Position numbers and translations under genes: made by a program
Shown: piece by piece, positions 33,302-41,614 of the stretch
Layout: the number at the start of each line of letters is the position of its first letter
Position numbering within the stretch: position 1 is the stretch's first letter
The notes under the pieces: generated by a model
What the model saw: only the letters and a program-made list of their open reading frames with translations
Told to the model about the DNA's origin: nothing
The model's database searches: none
Origin: an uncultured delta proteobacterium
GTDB lineage: Bacteria; Myxococcota_A; Polyangia; Fen-1088
DNA length: 64,000 nt
Reading direction: 5' to 3'
Assembly: GCA_963796685.1 (NCBI GenBank)
Contig: CAWCMR010000022.1
Coordinates: forward strand, 176,457-240,456

Positions 33302-33528
33302 CGTGTGCACGCGGCGAGCAAGTGATTCCTTTCGCGGGGTTGCACGTCTGAGCCGGTGAGCGGCCGGGAAACCTGTGGCGTGGAAGTCACGCCATGTCTT
33401 CACGGCGGCACGGCGGGAGAATTCGCGCAAGCGACCACGATTCCTCGACGGCGGCTTCTTGCGAGGCTCGCTGAACGAACGTATAGTGAAAACCAGGTGA
33501 CGAGCAAAACTCAAGGTTGGGAGGAACC

Positions 33529-33837
33529 ATGGGAATTGACGTACGCGTGGAGACCGAATCAGGCGAAGTTCAAGATGAAGTTCTCGACGACAACAACCTG
33601 ACCGAGAAGCTGCTCCCCGACCGGGAGGACCGGACCTCGCCGTGCTTGCGCTTCGTCGATCCGTTCGGCGACACGCTCTTCAACCAGGTTCAGATTCCGT
33701 TCGTGATCGACGAGCTCGAAAAGCGCCTGCGCGGATCCTCCAAACCCGAGGTGAAGGCGCATTGCGAGGCAATCATCAAGGTGGTCACGGCCACCGTAGG
33801 CGAAGAGCACACCTACGTGCGTTTCTCAGGCGAGTAG
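33529..33837 (+). CDS. Small acidic hypothetical protein
   Basis: GGGAGG RBS, clean GC3-rich codon usage. Confidence 0.7.
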   Translation: MGIDVRVETESGEVQDEVLDDNNLTEKLLPDREDRTSPCLRFVDPFGDTLFNQVQIPFVIDELEKRLRGSSKPEVKAHCEAIIKVVTATVGEEHTYVRFSGE

Positions 33838-33838
33838 C

Positions 33839-35074
33839 TTGAAAACGGGTACCGCCGATCTGCCTTTGCACGGCGGGCGCGTGCCGATGTGGCTGGCTTC
33901 GCGCATGGCAAGCCTGGGGCGGGTCATCGTCGAGGCCCTGGTTCTCGAATACGGGCGCGACGAGGTCCTGCGCCGGCTCGCCGATCCCTTCTGGTTTCAG
34001 TCCTTGGGCTGCGTGATGGGCATGGACTGGCATTCGTCCGGAATCACCACCAGCGTCCTCGGCGCGCTCAAGCGTGGGCTGGCCCCGGTGGCGGACGAGC
34101 TGGGTATTCACGTGTGCGGCGGGCGAGGCCGACATTCGCGGCGCACGCCCGACGAGCTGCTGGCGCTCGGCGAGCGCATCTCCGTCGATGCCCCTGCTCT
34201 CGTACGCACGAGCCGCCTGGTGGCCAAGGTGGACAGCGCAGCCGTGCAGGATGGCTTCGATCTCTATCTGCACGGTTTCGTGGTGACCGATGACGGCAAG
34301 TGGGCGGTGGTGCAGCAGGGGATGAATCCCGACAAGCGTCAGGCCCGGCGCTACCACTGGCTGTGGGATCGCGCCGGCTCGTTCGTCGAGGAGCCGCACA
34401 ACGCGATCGAGGGCGAGCCGCAGCCGTTTCCCATCGTCAACCTGACCGATCGCGCGGCGGCGGATGCGCGCGCGCGGACCGTGGAGCTTGCGCTTTCCGA
34501 TCCCGCGCTCGTGGTCGCAGGCGTCGAGCGCGTGCTGACCATGCCAAGTCACCACGAGGTGCGCGCGGAGAACCTGGACCTGCGTCGGCTTGATGCGGCC
34601 CTGCAGGTCGCGGCCCACCTCGGGCCGACAAGCTTTCCCGAGCTTCTGCTCACCCCGCAGATCGGCAAGCGCACGCTGCTGGCCTTGGCCTTGGTCGCCG
34701 AGGTCGTGCACGGGGCGCCAAGCCGGTTCACGGATCCGGCGCGCTTTTCCTTCGCTCACGGCGGCAAGGACGGCCACCCTTTTCCTGTGCCGCTCAAGAT
34801 CTACGACGAAACCCTGCGCGTGCTTCGGTGTGCGGTGGACCGGGCGAAGCTCGACCAGGGCGCCAGGCGCATGGCCCTGCGGCGGCTCGACGAGCAATGT
34901 CGGATTTTCGAGGCTGCTTCCGAGGGACGGCCGCTGCCGTCGGACGCAGCACCGCTATGGTCCAGTTTGGTCGAGCGCGAGAGACGCGCGTCGTCGGCCC
35001 TGGACGGCCGCACCTGCGTGCGCAACGCCCCAAAACCGCGCCGGCGCCCGCGCCAACTGACCTTGCCGTTCTAG
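33839..35074 (+). CDS. DUF763 family protein
   Basis: ADLPLHGG, GMDWHSSG, KVDSAAVQDG, FSFAHGGKDGHPFPV. Confidence 0.92.
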   Translation: MKTGTADLPLHGGRVPMWLASRMASLGRVIVEALVLEYGRDEVLRRLADPFWFQSLGCVMGMDWHSSGITTSVLGALKRGLAPVADELGIHVCGGRGRHSRRTPDELLALGERISVDAPALVRTSRLVAKVDSAAVQDGFDLYLHGFVVTDDGKWAVVQQGMNPDKRQARRYHWLWDRAGSFVEEPHNAIEGEPQPFPIVNLTDRAAADARARTVELALSDPALVVAGVERVLTMPSHHEVRAENLDLRRLDAALQVAAHLGPTSFPELLLTPQIGKRTLLALALVAEVVHGAPSRFTDPARFSFAHGGKDGHPFPVPLKIYDETLRVLRCAVDRAKLDQGARRMALRRLDEQCRIFEAASEGRPLPSDAAPLWSSLVERERRASSALDGRTCVRNAPKPRRRPRQLTLPF

Positions 35075-35137
35075 AGCACCGAACGGTTTGAAAGTGCCGG
35101 GAATTCAAGAAGTTGCTACGCACGTGCGCGCTCCGAT

Positions 35138-35260
35138 CCCCTCGCCCCGCGCAGCGGGGAGAGGGCTAGGGTGAGGGGTCAGCGCACTCTCTCGCATGGC
35201 CGAACCCCTCACCCGACGCGCTTCGCGCGTCGACCTCTCCCCGCTTCGCGGGGCGAGGTG
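35138..35260. repeat. REP-like doublet (CCCTCACCC..CCTCTCCCC..GGGGAGAGG family) between convergent genes
   Basis: Two oppositely oriented hairpin units. Confidence 0.75.
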
Positions 35261-35391
35261 AACCTTCCGAGTACTTCGCAAGCTCTCGATTCTGCACGGC
35301 ATTCGACCCGTTCGGTGCTCTAGCCGGGCTGTGGTCGTTCTCGGCTCGAAGGGGATGTGTCGCGCCTGACGGCGCCATGGAACGAGCGTGC

Positions 35392-35580
35392 CTACCGCTC
35401 GCGAAGCGCCTTGACCAGGATCTTGAGGGCGAGCCGCTGTGGGCTGACCTTGTACGTGCCGTTGGCGACCAGCTGTCGCAGGTGTTGGACTCGCATCTGC
35501 CGAGCAACCGCGTCGGCATTCACGCCCAGCGGAGCTTTCGCGGGCGCTTTTCGTAGCTGGAGATTTTCCGATGGTGCCAT
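35392..35580 (-). CDS. flgM: Minimal FlgM-like anti-sigma28 factor
   Basis: RQMRVQHLRQLVANGTYKVSPQRLALKIL matches the FlgM C-terminal motif; directly downstream of fliA. Confidence 0.8.
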   Translation of the reverse strand: MAPSENLQLRKAPAKAPLGVNADAVARQMRVQHLRQLVANGTYKVSPQRLALKILVKALRER

Positions 35581-35588
35581 ACACAACC

Positions 35589-35615
35589 ACATCGGTCCCC
35601 CCGCCAGAAACCTTA
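35589..35615 (-). promoter_or_regulatory. Sigma28 promoter for flgM: TAAG-N15-ACCGATGT
   Basis: Spacing and CCGAT core match TAAA-N15-GCCGATAA. Confidence 0.7.
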
Positions 35616-35696
35616 AGCCGATTGTTACACTTTCGTGAAAGCTCAATGATTGCGCGTGGCTCGAGGTCTAGGAGGCTGGTGCTTGACACCAGCCTC

Positions 35697-36494
35697 CTAG
35701 GCCGCGACTGCGTCCTCGATGTCCGAGAGGGATTCGCGCAGGCGGCGGGTCGCCTCGCCGTGGATCTGGCACACACGCGATTCGGTGACGCCCAGGATTT
35801 CCCCGATCTCCTTGAGGTTCATGTTCTCGCAGTAGTAGAGCGAGAGCACTTGCTGCATCTTCTCGGGCAGATCGTCGATGCCGGAAACCAGACGCGCCAG
35901 CGCTTCGCGGTGGGCGGTGAGCTCGAAGGGATCGGGCGAGTTGGTGTCGCTCGTGCGATCGAGAAAATCGGGTCCCGCGTCGTCGATGCCGACCACGGAC
36001 GAGCCCGAGAGCTTCTGCTGGCGCGTGTAGAGCTCGTCGACCTTGAGGCCGAGGGTCTGTGCCAACTCGGCCTGGTCGGGCGAGCGGCCGAGCTCGGATT
36101 CCAGCTTGCGCGAAGCCTCGCGCAGCTCGTTGGATAGGCGACGCATGTCGCGAGAGAGCGTGTCGCGCGCGCGCAGATCGTCGAGCATCGCTCCGCGAAT
36201 GCGGAATTCGGCGAAGGCCTCGAAGCGGTCGACGCGCTTGGGGTCGAAGCGCTCGGCGGCTTCCATGAGTCCGATCACGCCGGCCGAAACCAGATCGTCG
36301 ATCTCGACGTGAGCCGGAAGTCGGCGCGCGAGACGGCGGGCAACCTTCTCGATGTAAGGGAAGAACTTCGCAGCGTAGACCTTGCGCCGACTGGCCAGTG
36401 CCTTGGCGGAGAGTTTGCGCACGGGTTTCTTGGCCTTGGTGAGTTCGGGGCGCTTTCGCTGCTTTCCAACCTGGTTCCGCTTCGCGTTTGGCAT
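35697..36494 (-). CDS. fliA: FliA/WhiG-family sigma28 factor
   Basis: DDLVSAGVIGL, RIRGAMLDDLR, LKEIGEILGVTESRVCQIH. Confidence 0.93.
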   Translation of the reverse strand: MPNAKRNQVGKQRKRPELTKAKKPVRKLSAKALASRRKVYAAKFFPYIEKVARRLARRLPAHVEIDDLVSAGVIGLMEAAERFDPKRVDRFEAFAEFRIRGAMLDDLRARDTLSRDMRRLSNELREASRKLESELGRSPDQAELAQTLGLKVDELYTRQQKLSGSSVVGIDDAGPDFLDRTSDTNSPDPFELTAHREALARLVSGIDDLPEKMQQVLSLYYCENMNLKEIGEILGVTESRVCQIHGEATRRLRESLSDIEDAVAA

Positions 36495-36506
36495 GCGGGA
36501 GCGGAG

Positions 36507-36522
36507 TGCAGGGGCCGTGCCA
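36507..36522 (-). promoter_or_regulatory. Sigma54 promoter for fliA: TGGCACGGCCCCTGCA
   Basis: Strong -24/-12 match 12 bp upstream of the ATG. Confidence 0.7.
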
Positions 36523-36686
36523 CGTTCAGGGTCGAGCTAAGTTGGCCATCTTCCTGGTTATTGGTTTTTTGATCGCTCTGGATCGTCAGCCAAATGACAT
36601 TTGCTCTGAGTACAAACCGTCAAGCAGGTGACGACGGGTCAGGAAAACGTTATGGCGCTGACGATCGAAAGACCGATGGACATTTC

Positions 36687-36776
36687 AAGGGGCGGGCCGC
36701 GGCCCGCCCCTCGTCCGCGAAGTGAATTCGCGGACTTCACCCCACCTGCGGCCGAGCCTTTGGCTCGGCTTTCTGA
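36687..36776 (-). repeat. Dispersed ~90-bp palindromic element, copy 2
   Basis: Matches 10761-10849. Confidence 0.85.
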
Positions 36777-36807
36777 TGACCTGTCCAATTGATGGACAGG
36801 TCATCAG
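36773..36807 (-). terminator. Long hairpin CTGATGACCTGTCCA-attga-TGGACAGGTCATCAG at the regulator stop codon
   Basis: 15-bp perfect stem; no U-tract. Confidence 0.5.
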
Positions 36808-38129
36808 GCCACGGTTCTTCTGCGCAGCTTTTCGACCAGCGTGGTGCGATTCAAGCCGAGAAGCTCGGCGGCGCGGTTCTTGTTCCCGTTCGTACGCTCG
36901 AGGGCTTGGCCGATGAGCCTGTCCTCGAGCTGGGTGAGCAGCAAGCGCAGATCGACGCCGTGAGGTGGCAGATCGACGATGCCGGTTCCGAGGGACTTCA
37001 CGTCCGTACGGAAGCTGGCCGGCAGATCGTACACGCCCACGCCGCGATCTTTGGCCGCGGCCACCAGGCGCTCCACCACGCTCTCGAGCTGGCGCACGTT
37101 GCCTGGCCACGGGCACTCGCTCAGGCGCACGAGCAAGTCGGGTGGAAAGGGCGGGGTGTTTCGACCGTGATAGGCATTGGCGGCCCGACGGAAGTGCTCG
37201 GCCAGGATGGGAATGTCCTCGAGTCGTTCGCGCAGGGGCGGGATCTCGATGGGAATGATGTTGAGCCGGTAGTACAGGTCCTCGATGAAGGTGCCTTCGC
37301 GCACCGCGGTTTCCAGGTTGCGCGATGTGCCTGCGACAATGCGGACATCGGCGCGGGCGCGAGAACCCGGATCGCGGACCAGGCGCAGGAGGCCGATTTG
37401 CGATTCGCGCGAAAGGTTCGAGATTTCGTCGATGAAGAGCGTGCCGTGCTCGGCTTGCGCGAGCCTGCTCGGGCCTTCCTTGGTGAGCCCGTTGTCCGAT
37501 GCCGACAGGCCTCCGAATAGATCGTTCGACGTGGGATGGGGCTCGCCGCCGGATAGGCGAACCGTGACGAAGGGCCCGCCGCGCCGGGCGCCGCAGGCGT
37601 GGATGGTGCGTGCCACGACTTCCTTGCCCGTTCCTTCTTCGCCGCGGATGAGCACGCTGGCGTTGGAATCGGCCACCTGGTCGACGCGTTCGAGCACGAC
37701 GTGCATCGCCGGGTGATCGCCTATCAGGGTGACGCCGCAGGTGCGCAGAGGCGACGAGGCACGGTTGCGTTCGACCAGGGCGCGCTCGATGACCTCACTA
37801 CCCAGCTGATCGTGGAAGGGCCGAGGCAGGAAGTCCTGTGCGCCCATGCGGAAGACTGAAACGATCTCTCTGACCGTGTCGTGCACGATGCGCGCCACAA
37901 CCGGAATGGGTCTTCTTCGCGCCTGCGCGGTGGCCAGGATGTTGCGAACGGCCTCCATGGGCAACCCCAGGGAAACCACGCACAGATCGATGGGCTTTCC
38001 CGAAAGGGCGTCCTGGGCCTGGGTGACGCTGCTCGCGGGCACGCCCTCGTAGCCGAGAGACATGACGACGCGGACGAGGGCCGCCTGGGTGCCCTGGTCT
38101 TCGTCCGCAATGAGAATCCGGGTGTGCAT
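36804..38129 (-). CDS. FleQ/FlrA-like REC-AAA+-HTH regulator with degenerate receiver and no GAFTGA
   Basis: GEEGTGKE, TLFIDEI, DLYYRLN, WPGNVRQL, AAELLGLNRTTLVEKLRR. Confidence 0.85.
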   Translation of the reverse strand: MHTRILIADEDQGTQAALVRVVMSLGYEGVPASSVTQAQDALSGKPIDLCVVSLGLPMEAVRNILATAQARRRPIPVVARIVHDTVREIVSVFRMGAQDFLPRPFHDQLGSEVIERALVERNRASSPLRTCGVTLIGDHPAMHVVLERVDQVADSNASVLIRGEEGTGKEVVARTIHACGARRGGPFVTVRLSGGEPHPTSNDLFGGLSASDNGLTKEGPSRLAQAEHGTLFIDEISNLSRESQIGLLRLVRDPGSRARADVRIVAGTSRNLETAVREGTFIEDLYYRLNIIPIEIPPLRERLEDIPILAEHFRRAANAYHGRNTPPFPPDLLVRLSECPWPGNVRQLESVVERLVAAAKDRGVGVYDLPASFRTDVKSLGTGIVDLPPHGVDLRLLLTQLEDRLIGQALERTNGNKNRAAELLGLNRTTLVEKLRRRTVA

Positions 38130-38282
38130 TCTCCGGCTGGTAATCGGCGGAAGGGGGCCGGGCCTGAAGCCCAGCCCTTTCAGGGTCCTGGTACCTCCCG
38201 CTCCGTCGCTCTCCTGGTCGCGGAATCACCGAGCGCGCTTCCGCTTGGCTTGTCGCGCCTCCCCGATCTATACGAGGGGGGA

Positions 38283-38666
38283 ATGTCGCAGTTTCTCGCG
38301 GTCACGTTGGGCGGAGCGATCGGCAGTGGGGCGCGCTACTTGCTCGGCACGTTCGTGCAGGGCGCGTCCGGCCTCGCCTTTCCGCTCGGCACCCTCGCGG
38401 TCAACGTGATCGGCTCGTTCCTCATCTGCGCCATCATGCACGTGGGCATCACCACGAATGTCATCTCGCCGACCCTGCGTTTGTTCCTGACCACGGGGCT
38501 CATGGGCGGGTTCACCACCTACTCGACCTTCGACTACGAGACCTACCGCTACACCCAGCAAGGGGCCTACGCGCTGGCTGCCTTGAATGTCGGGCTGACC
38601 CTGGTCGTGTGCTTCGCCGCCGGGGCGGCCGGGGACGCCGTCGCGAAATTGGTGCTCAGAAGCTAG
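38283..38666 (+). CDS. crcB: Fluoride channel CrcB/Fluc
   Basis: GGAIGSGARY, GTLAVNVIGSF, GGFTTYSTF. Confidence 0.95.
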   Translation: MSQFLAVTLGGAIGSGARYLLGTFVQGASGLAFPLGTLAVNVIGSFLICAIMHVGITTNVISPTLRLFLTTGLMGGFTTYSTFDYETYRYTQQGAYALAALNVGLTLVVCFAAGAAGDAVAKLVLRS

Positions 38667-38857
38667 CAAGCGCGTGCGGAGCCTGCCGGCTTCGCCATCA
38701 CCAAAGAAATAGGCGCGCGTCGGTCTGCTAATCGCCGCCGTCTTCATTTTGGCCGCCTCCGTTTTAGACGCGCTGCGCTTTAAATCTCCATCGCGATGTC
38801 CTGTCGAGGGGAGTTGACGTCCGGCCTTTCGCATCTCAAAGTGCTGTCCCTAGGCCA

Positions 38858-40741
38858 ATGGCCCTCGATCTCTCCCCTCAAACGCAGCAGTCCATCAACC
38901 GGGTGCGCGGGCACTATCCCAATTCGCAGGCCGCGCTGATCCCGGTGCTTCACCTCATTCAGGATGAGGCTGGTCATCTTTCCGACGAGGCGCTCGACTA
39001 CGCCTCCCGGCTGCTCGACCTGCCCCCGTCGCACGTTTTCGGCGTCGTGACGTTTTACACGATGTTTCGCCGCACCCCGCCTGCGCGCCACCGGCTGCAC
39101 GTGTGCAGCAACATCGGCTGCGTCGTGCGCGCCGGCTACGATGCCATGGAGCACGTGCACCAGCGCCTGGGCATTCGTCCGGGCCAGGCCACGCCCGACG
39201 GCACGTTCAGCCTGGACGAGGACGACGACATGATCGGGTGCGAGGGCGGCGCCTCGTTGGTGGACGGCCATGCCCGGCACCAGCACCTGACCGTCGACAA
39301 GTTGGATCGCCTGCTCGACGATTTGAGCAAGGCGCCCGCGCCCGAAGGCGCGCACCCGAACGGGTTTCCCCCCATCGATGTTCTTGGCGCCTTTCGCAGC
39401 ACCCCGGGCGAGAAGATCGTCACCAAGAACATCGGCGTGCCCGACATTCGCAAGCTCTCCACCTACCAAGCCCGCGGCGGTTGGCAGGCCTTCAAGAAAG
39501 CCCTGGGCATGCAGCGCACGGCCCTGGTGGACGAGGTCAAGGCCTCCAGTCTGCGTGGGCGCGGCGGCGCAGGCTTTCCCACCGGCATGAAGTGGGGCTT
39601 TTTGCCCAAGGACGCCAAGCAGGTGTACCTGGTGGTCAACGCCGACGAATCCGAGCCCGGCACCTTCAAGGATCGGGTCCTGCTCGTCGGCGACCCGCAC
39701 CTGCTCGTGGAGGGGATCGCCGTTTCCGCCTATGCTCTCGGTTGTACCCACGCCTATGTCTACATTCGCGGCGAATTGGCCAGCGAAGCGAAGATCCTGC
39801 AGGCGGCCATCGACGAGGTCTATGCTGCCGGCCTCTTGGGCAAGCCCCACGAGAGCGCGACGGGCGCGTTTACGCTGGACCTCACCATGCACCGGGGCGC
39901 CGGTGCCTACATCTGCGGCGAGGAAACCTCCTTGCTCAATTCGCTGGAAGGCAAGCGCGGCTGGCCGCGCATGAAGCCGCCGTTTCCGGCGGTGCGCGGG
40001 CTGTTCGGTCAGCCCACCATCGTCAACAACGTGGAAACCCTGATGAACATCCCCGATATCGTGATGCGGGGCGGGGCCGCCTTCGCCAAGCTGGGCATGG
40101 GCCGGTCGGGCGGCACGCGCGTGCTCAGCGTCTCGGGCCACGTCAACCGGCCCGGCGTCTTCGAGCTTCCCATGGGCATTCCCTTTCGCCAGCTCATCGA
40201 CGAACACTGCGGCGGCATGCTCGGTGGACGGCGCCTCAAGGGCATCATTCCGGGCGGCAGCTCGATGCCGGTGCTCGACGCCAGCGAGATCGACGTGCCC
40301 ATCGAATTCGACGCCTTGATGACCGACGCCCGCATCAAGGACGTCGAGATCAAGCCCGGCGTGCCCTTCGACATGGGCGGCGGCAAGAAGCTCAAGACCA
40401 TGGCCGGCTCGGGGGGCGTGGTGATTTTCGACGAGACCACCGACGTGGTCGCCTTCTGCGCCACCATCATGCGCTTCTACGCGCACGAATCGTGCGGCCA
40501 GTGCACGCCCTGCCGCGAGGGCACGGCTTGGCTGGCGCGCGTGTGCTCGCGCCTGGCCGAGGGCGAAGGCCGGCCGGGCGACGTCGCCCTGCTGGCCAAC
40601 ATCGCGGGCGGCGTCGCGGGCAACACCATCTGCCCGCTCGGCGAGGCCGCGGCCTGGCCCATGCTGGGCTTTCTCACCAAGTTTCGCGCCGAGTTCGAGG
40701 CCGCCGAGGCCAAGTCCAAAGCCGGGAGGACCACGCCGTGA
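38858..40741 (+). CDS. nuoEF: Fused NADH:quinone oxidoreductase subunits E and F
   Basis: NuoE (GVVTFYTMF, VCSNIGC) in frame with NuoF (LRGRGGAGF, NADESEPG, GAYICGEET, ESCGQCTPCREG, TICPLG). Confidence 0.92.
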   Translation: MALDLSPQTQQSINRVRGHYPNSQAALIPVLHLIQDEAGHLSDEALDYASRLLDLPPSHVFGVVTFYTMFRRTPPARHRLHVCSNIGCVVRAGYDAMEHVHQRLGIRPGQATPDGTFSLDEDDDMIGCEGGASLVDGHARHQHLTVDKLDRLLDDLSKAPAPEGAHPNGFPPIDVLGAFRSTPGEKIVTKNIGVPDIRKLSTYQARGGWQAFKKALGMQRTALVDEVKASSLRGRGGAGFPTGMKWGFLPKDAKQVYLVVNADESEPGTFKDRVLLVGDPHLLVEGIAVSAYALGCTHAYVYIRGELASEAKILQAAIDEVYAAGLLGKPHESATGAFTLDLTMHRGAGAYICGEETSLLNSLEGKRGWPRMKPPFPAVRGLFGQPTIVNNVETLMNIPDIVMRGGAAFAKLGMGRSGGTRVLSVSGHVNRPGVFELPMGIPFRQLIDEHCGGMLGGRRLKGIIPGGSSMPVLDASEIDVPIEFDALMTDARIKDVEIKPGVPFDMGGGKKLKTMAGSGGVVIFDETTDVVAFCATIMRFYAHESCGQCTPCREGTAWLARVCSRLAEGEGRPGDVALLANIAGGVAGNTICPLGEAAAWPMLGFLTKFRAEFEAAEAKSKAGRTTP

Positions 40742-41313
40742 ACGTCGTGCTTGCCGGACCCAGCGTCCTCGAAAAGATCGCCTTCGTGGTCTTCGCCTTG
40801 GGCGTGCTGGGCGGCGCTCTCGTCACCATCACGCGCAAGAGCGCGGTGGCCGCCCTCATCGCGCTGGTCGGTACCTTCTGCGCCCTGGCCGGCCTGTACG
40901 CGACCCTGTCGGCGCACTTCCTGGCCATTCTGCAAATCCTTGTCTACGCCGGCGCCATCATGGTGCTGTTCATCTTCGCGGTCATGATCGTCAACCGCGA
41001 CGACGAGCACCCCATCGCCCTGCGCGGCCTCTTCGTGCGCGCCACGGGCGTGCTGGCCACCGGATACCTTTTCTATCGCGTGGCCTGGATCGTGGTGCGC
41101 GAACGGCATACCGACGTGCTCGGCACCACCATCGCCTTGCCCATTCCCGGTTACGGCAACGTCGCCTCCATCGGGCGGCTCTTGTTTTCGGACTTCCTCT
41201 TCCCCTTCGAGGCCATCTCGCTGCTGCTTCTGACGGCGGTGGTGGGCGGCGTTCTCATCGCCCGGCCCTCGCGACCGAGGACGGACGAGACCATCGGCGG
41301 AGGCTCGGCCTGA
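40738..41313 (+). CDS. nuoJ: NADH:quinone oxidoreductase subunit J
   Basis: QILVYAGAIMVLFIF, PFEAISLLLL; GTG overlaps the nuoEF stop. Confidence 0.93.
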   Translation: MNVVLAGPSVLEKIAFVVFALGVLGGALVTITRKSAVAALIALVGTFCALAGLYATLSAHFLAILQILVYAGAIMVLFIFAVMIVNRDDEHPIALRGLFVRATGVLATGYLFYRVAWIVVRERHTDVLGTTIALPIPGYGNVASIGRLLFSDFLFPFEAISLLLLTAVVGGVLIARPSRPRTDETIGGGSA

Positions 41314-41612
41314 TGCCCGGCCATTACTACATTCTCGTGTCGCTGGCGCTGTTCTTCGTCGGCACTGCCGGCGCGCTCTTGCGGCGGAACGCGCTCTTCG
41401 TGCTCATGAGCCTGGAGCTGCAACTTGGCGCCGGTAGCCTGGCCCTGCTCACCTTCGCGCGCGGGCTCGGCGACCAGCGCGGCCACGTGGTGGCCTTCTT
41501 CGTCATGGCCCTGGCGGCAGCCGAGGCCGCCGTCGGCCTGGCCATCGTCGTTGCGGTCTATCGCTCGCGCAAGAAGATCGACCTCGACGCCATCAGCGAG
41601 CTGCGGAACTGA
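41313..41612 (+). CDS. nuoK: NADH:quinone oxidoreductase subunit K
   Basis: RRNA..MSLEL, AAAEAAVGLAI. Confidence 0.95.
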   Translation: MPGHYYILVSLALFFVGTAGALLRRNALFVLMSLELQLGAGSLALLTFARGLGDQRGHVVAFFVMALAAAEAAVGLAIVVAVYRSRKKIDLDAISELRN

Positions 41613-41614
41613 GC

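Noticed and set aside
38130-38282. Fluoride riboswitch upstream of crcB
   Set aside because: No matching motif seen
39103-41313. 736-aa ORF suggesting a large NuoJ fusion
   Set aside because: The upstream part is an off-frame shadow of nuoEF; NuoJ begins at GTG 40738
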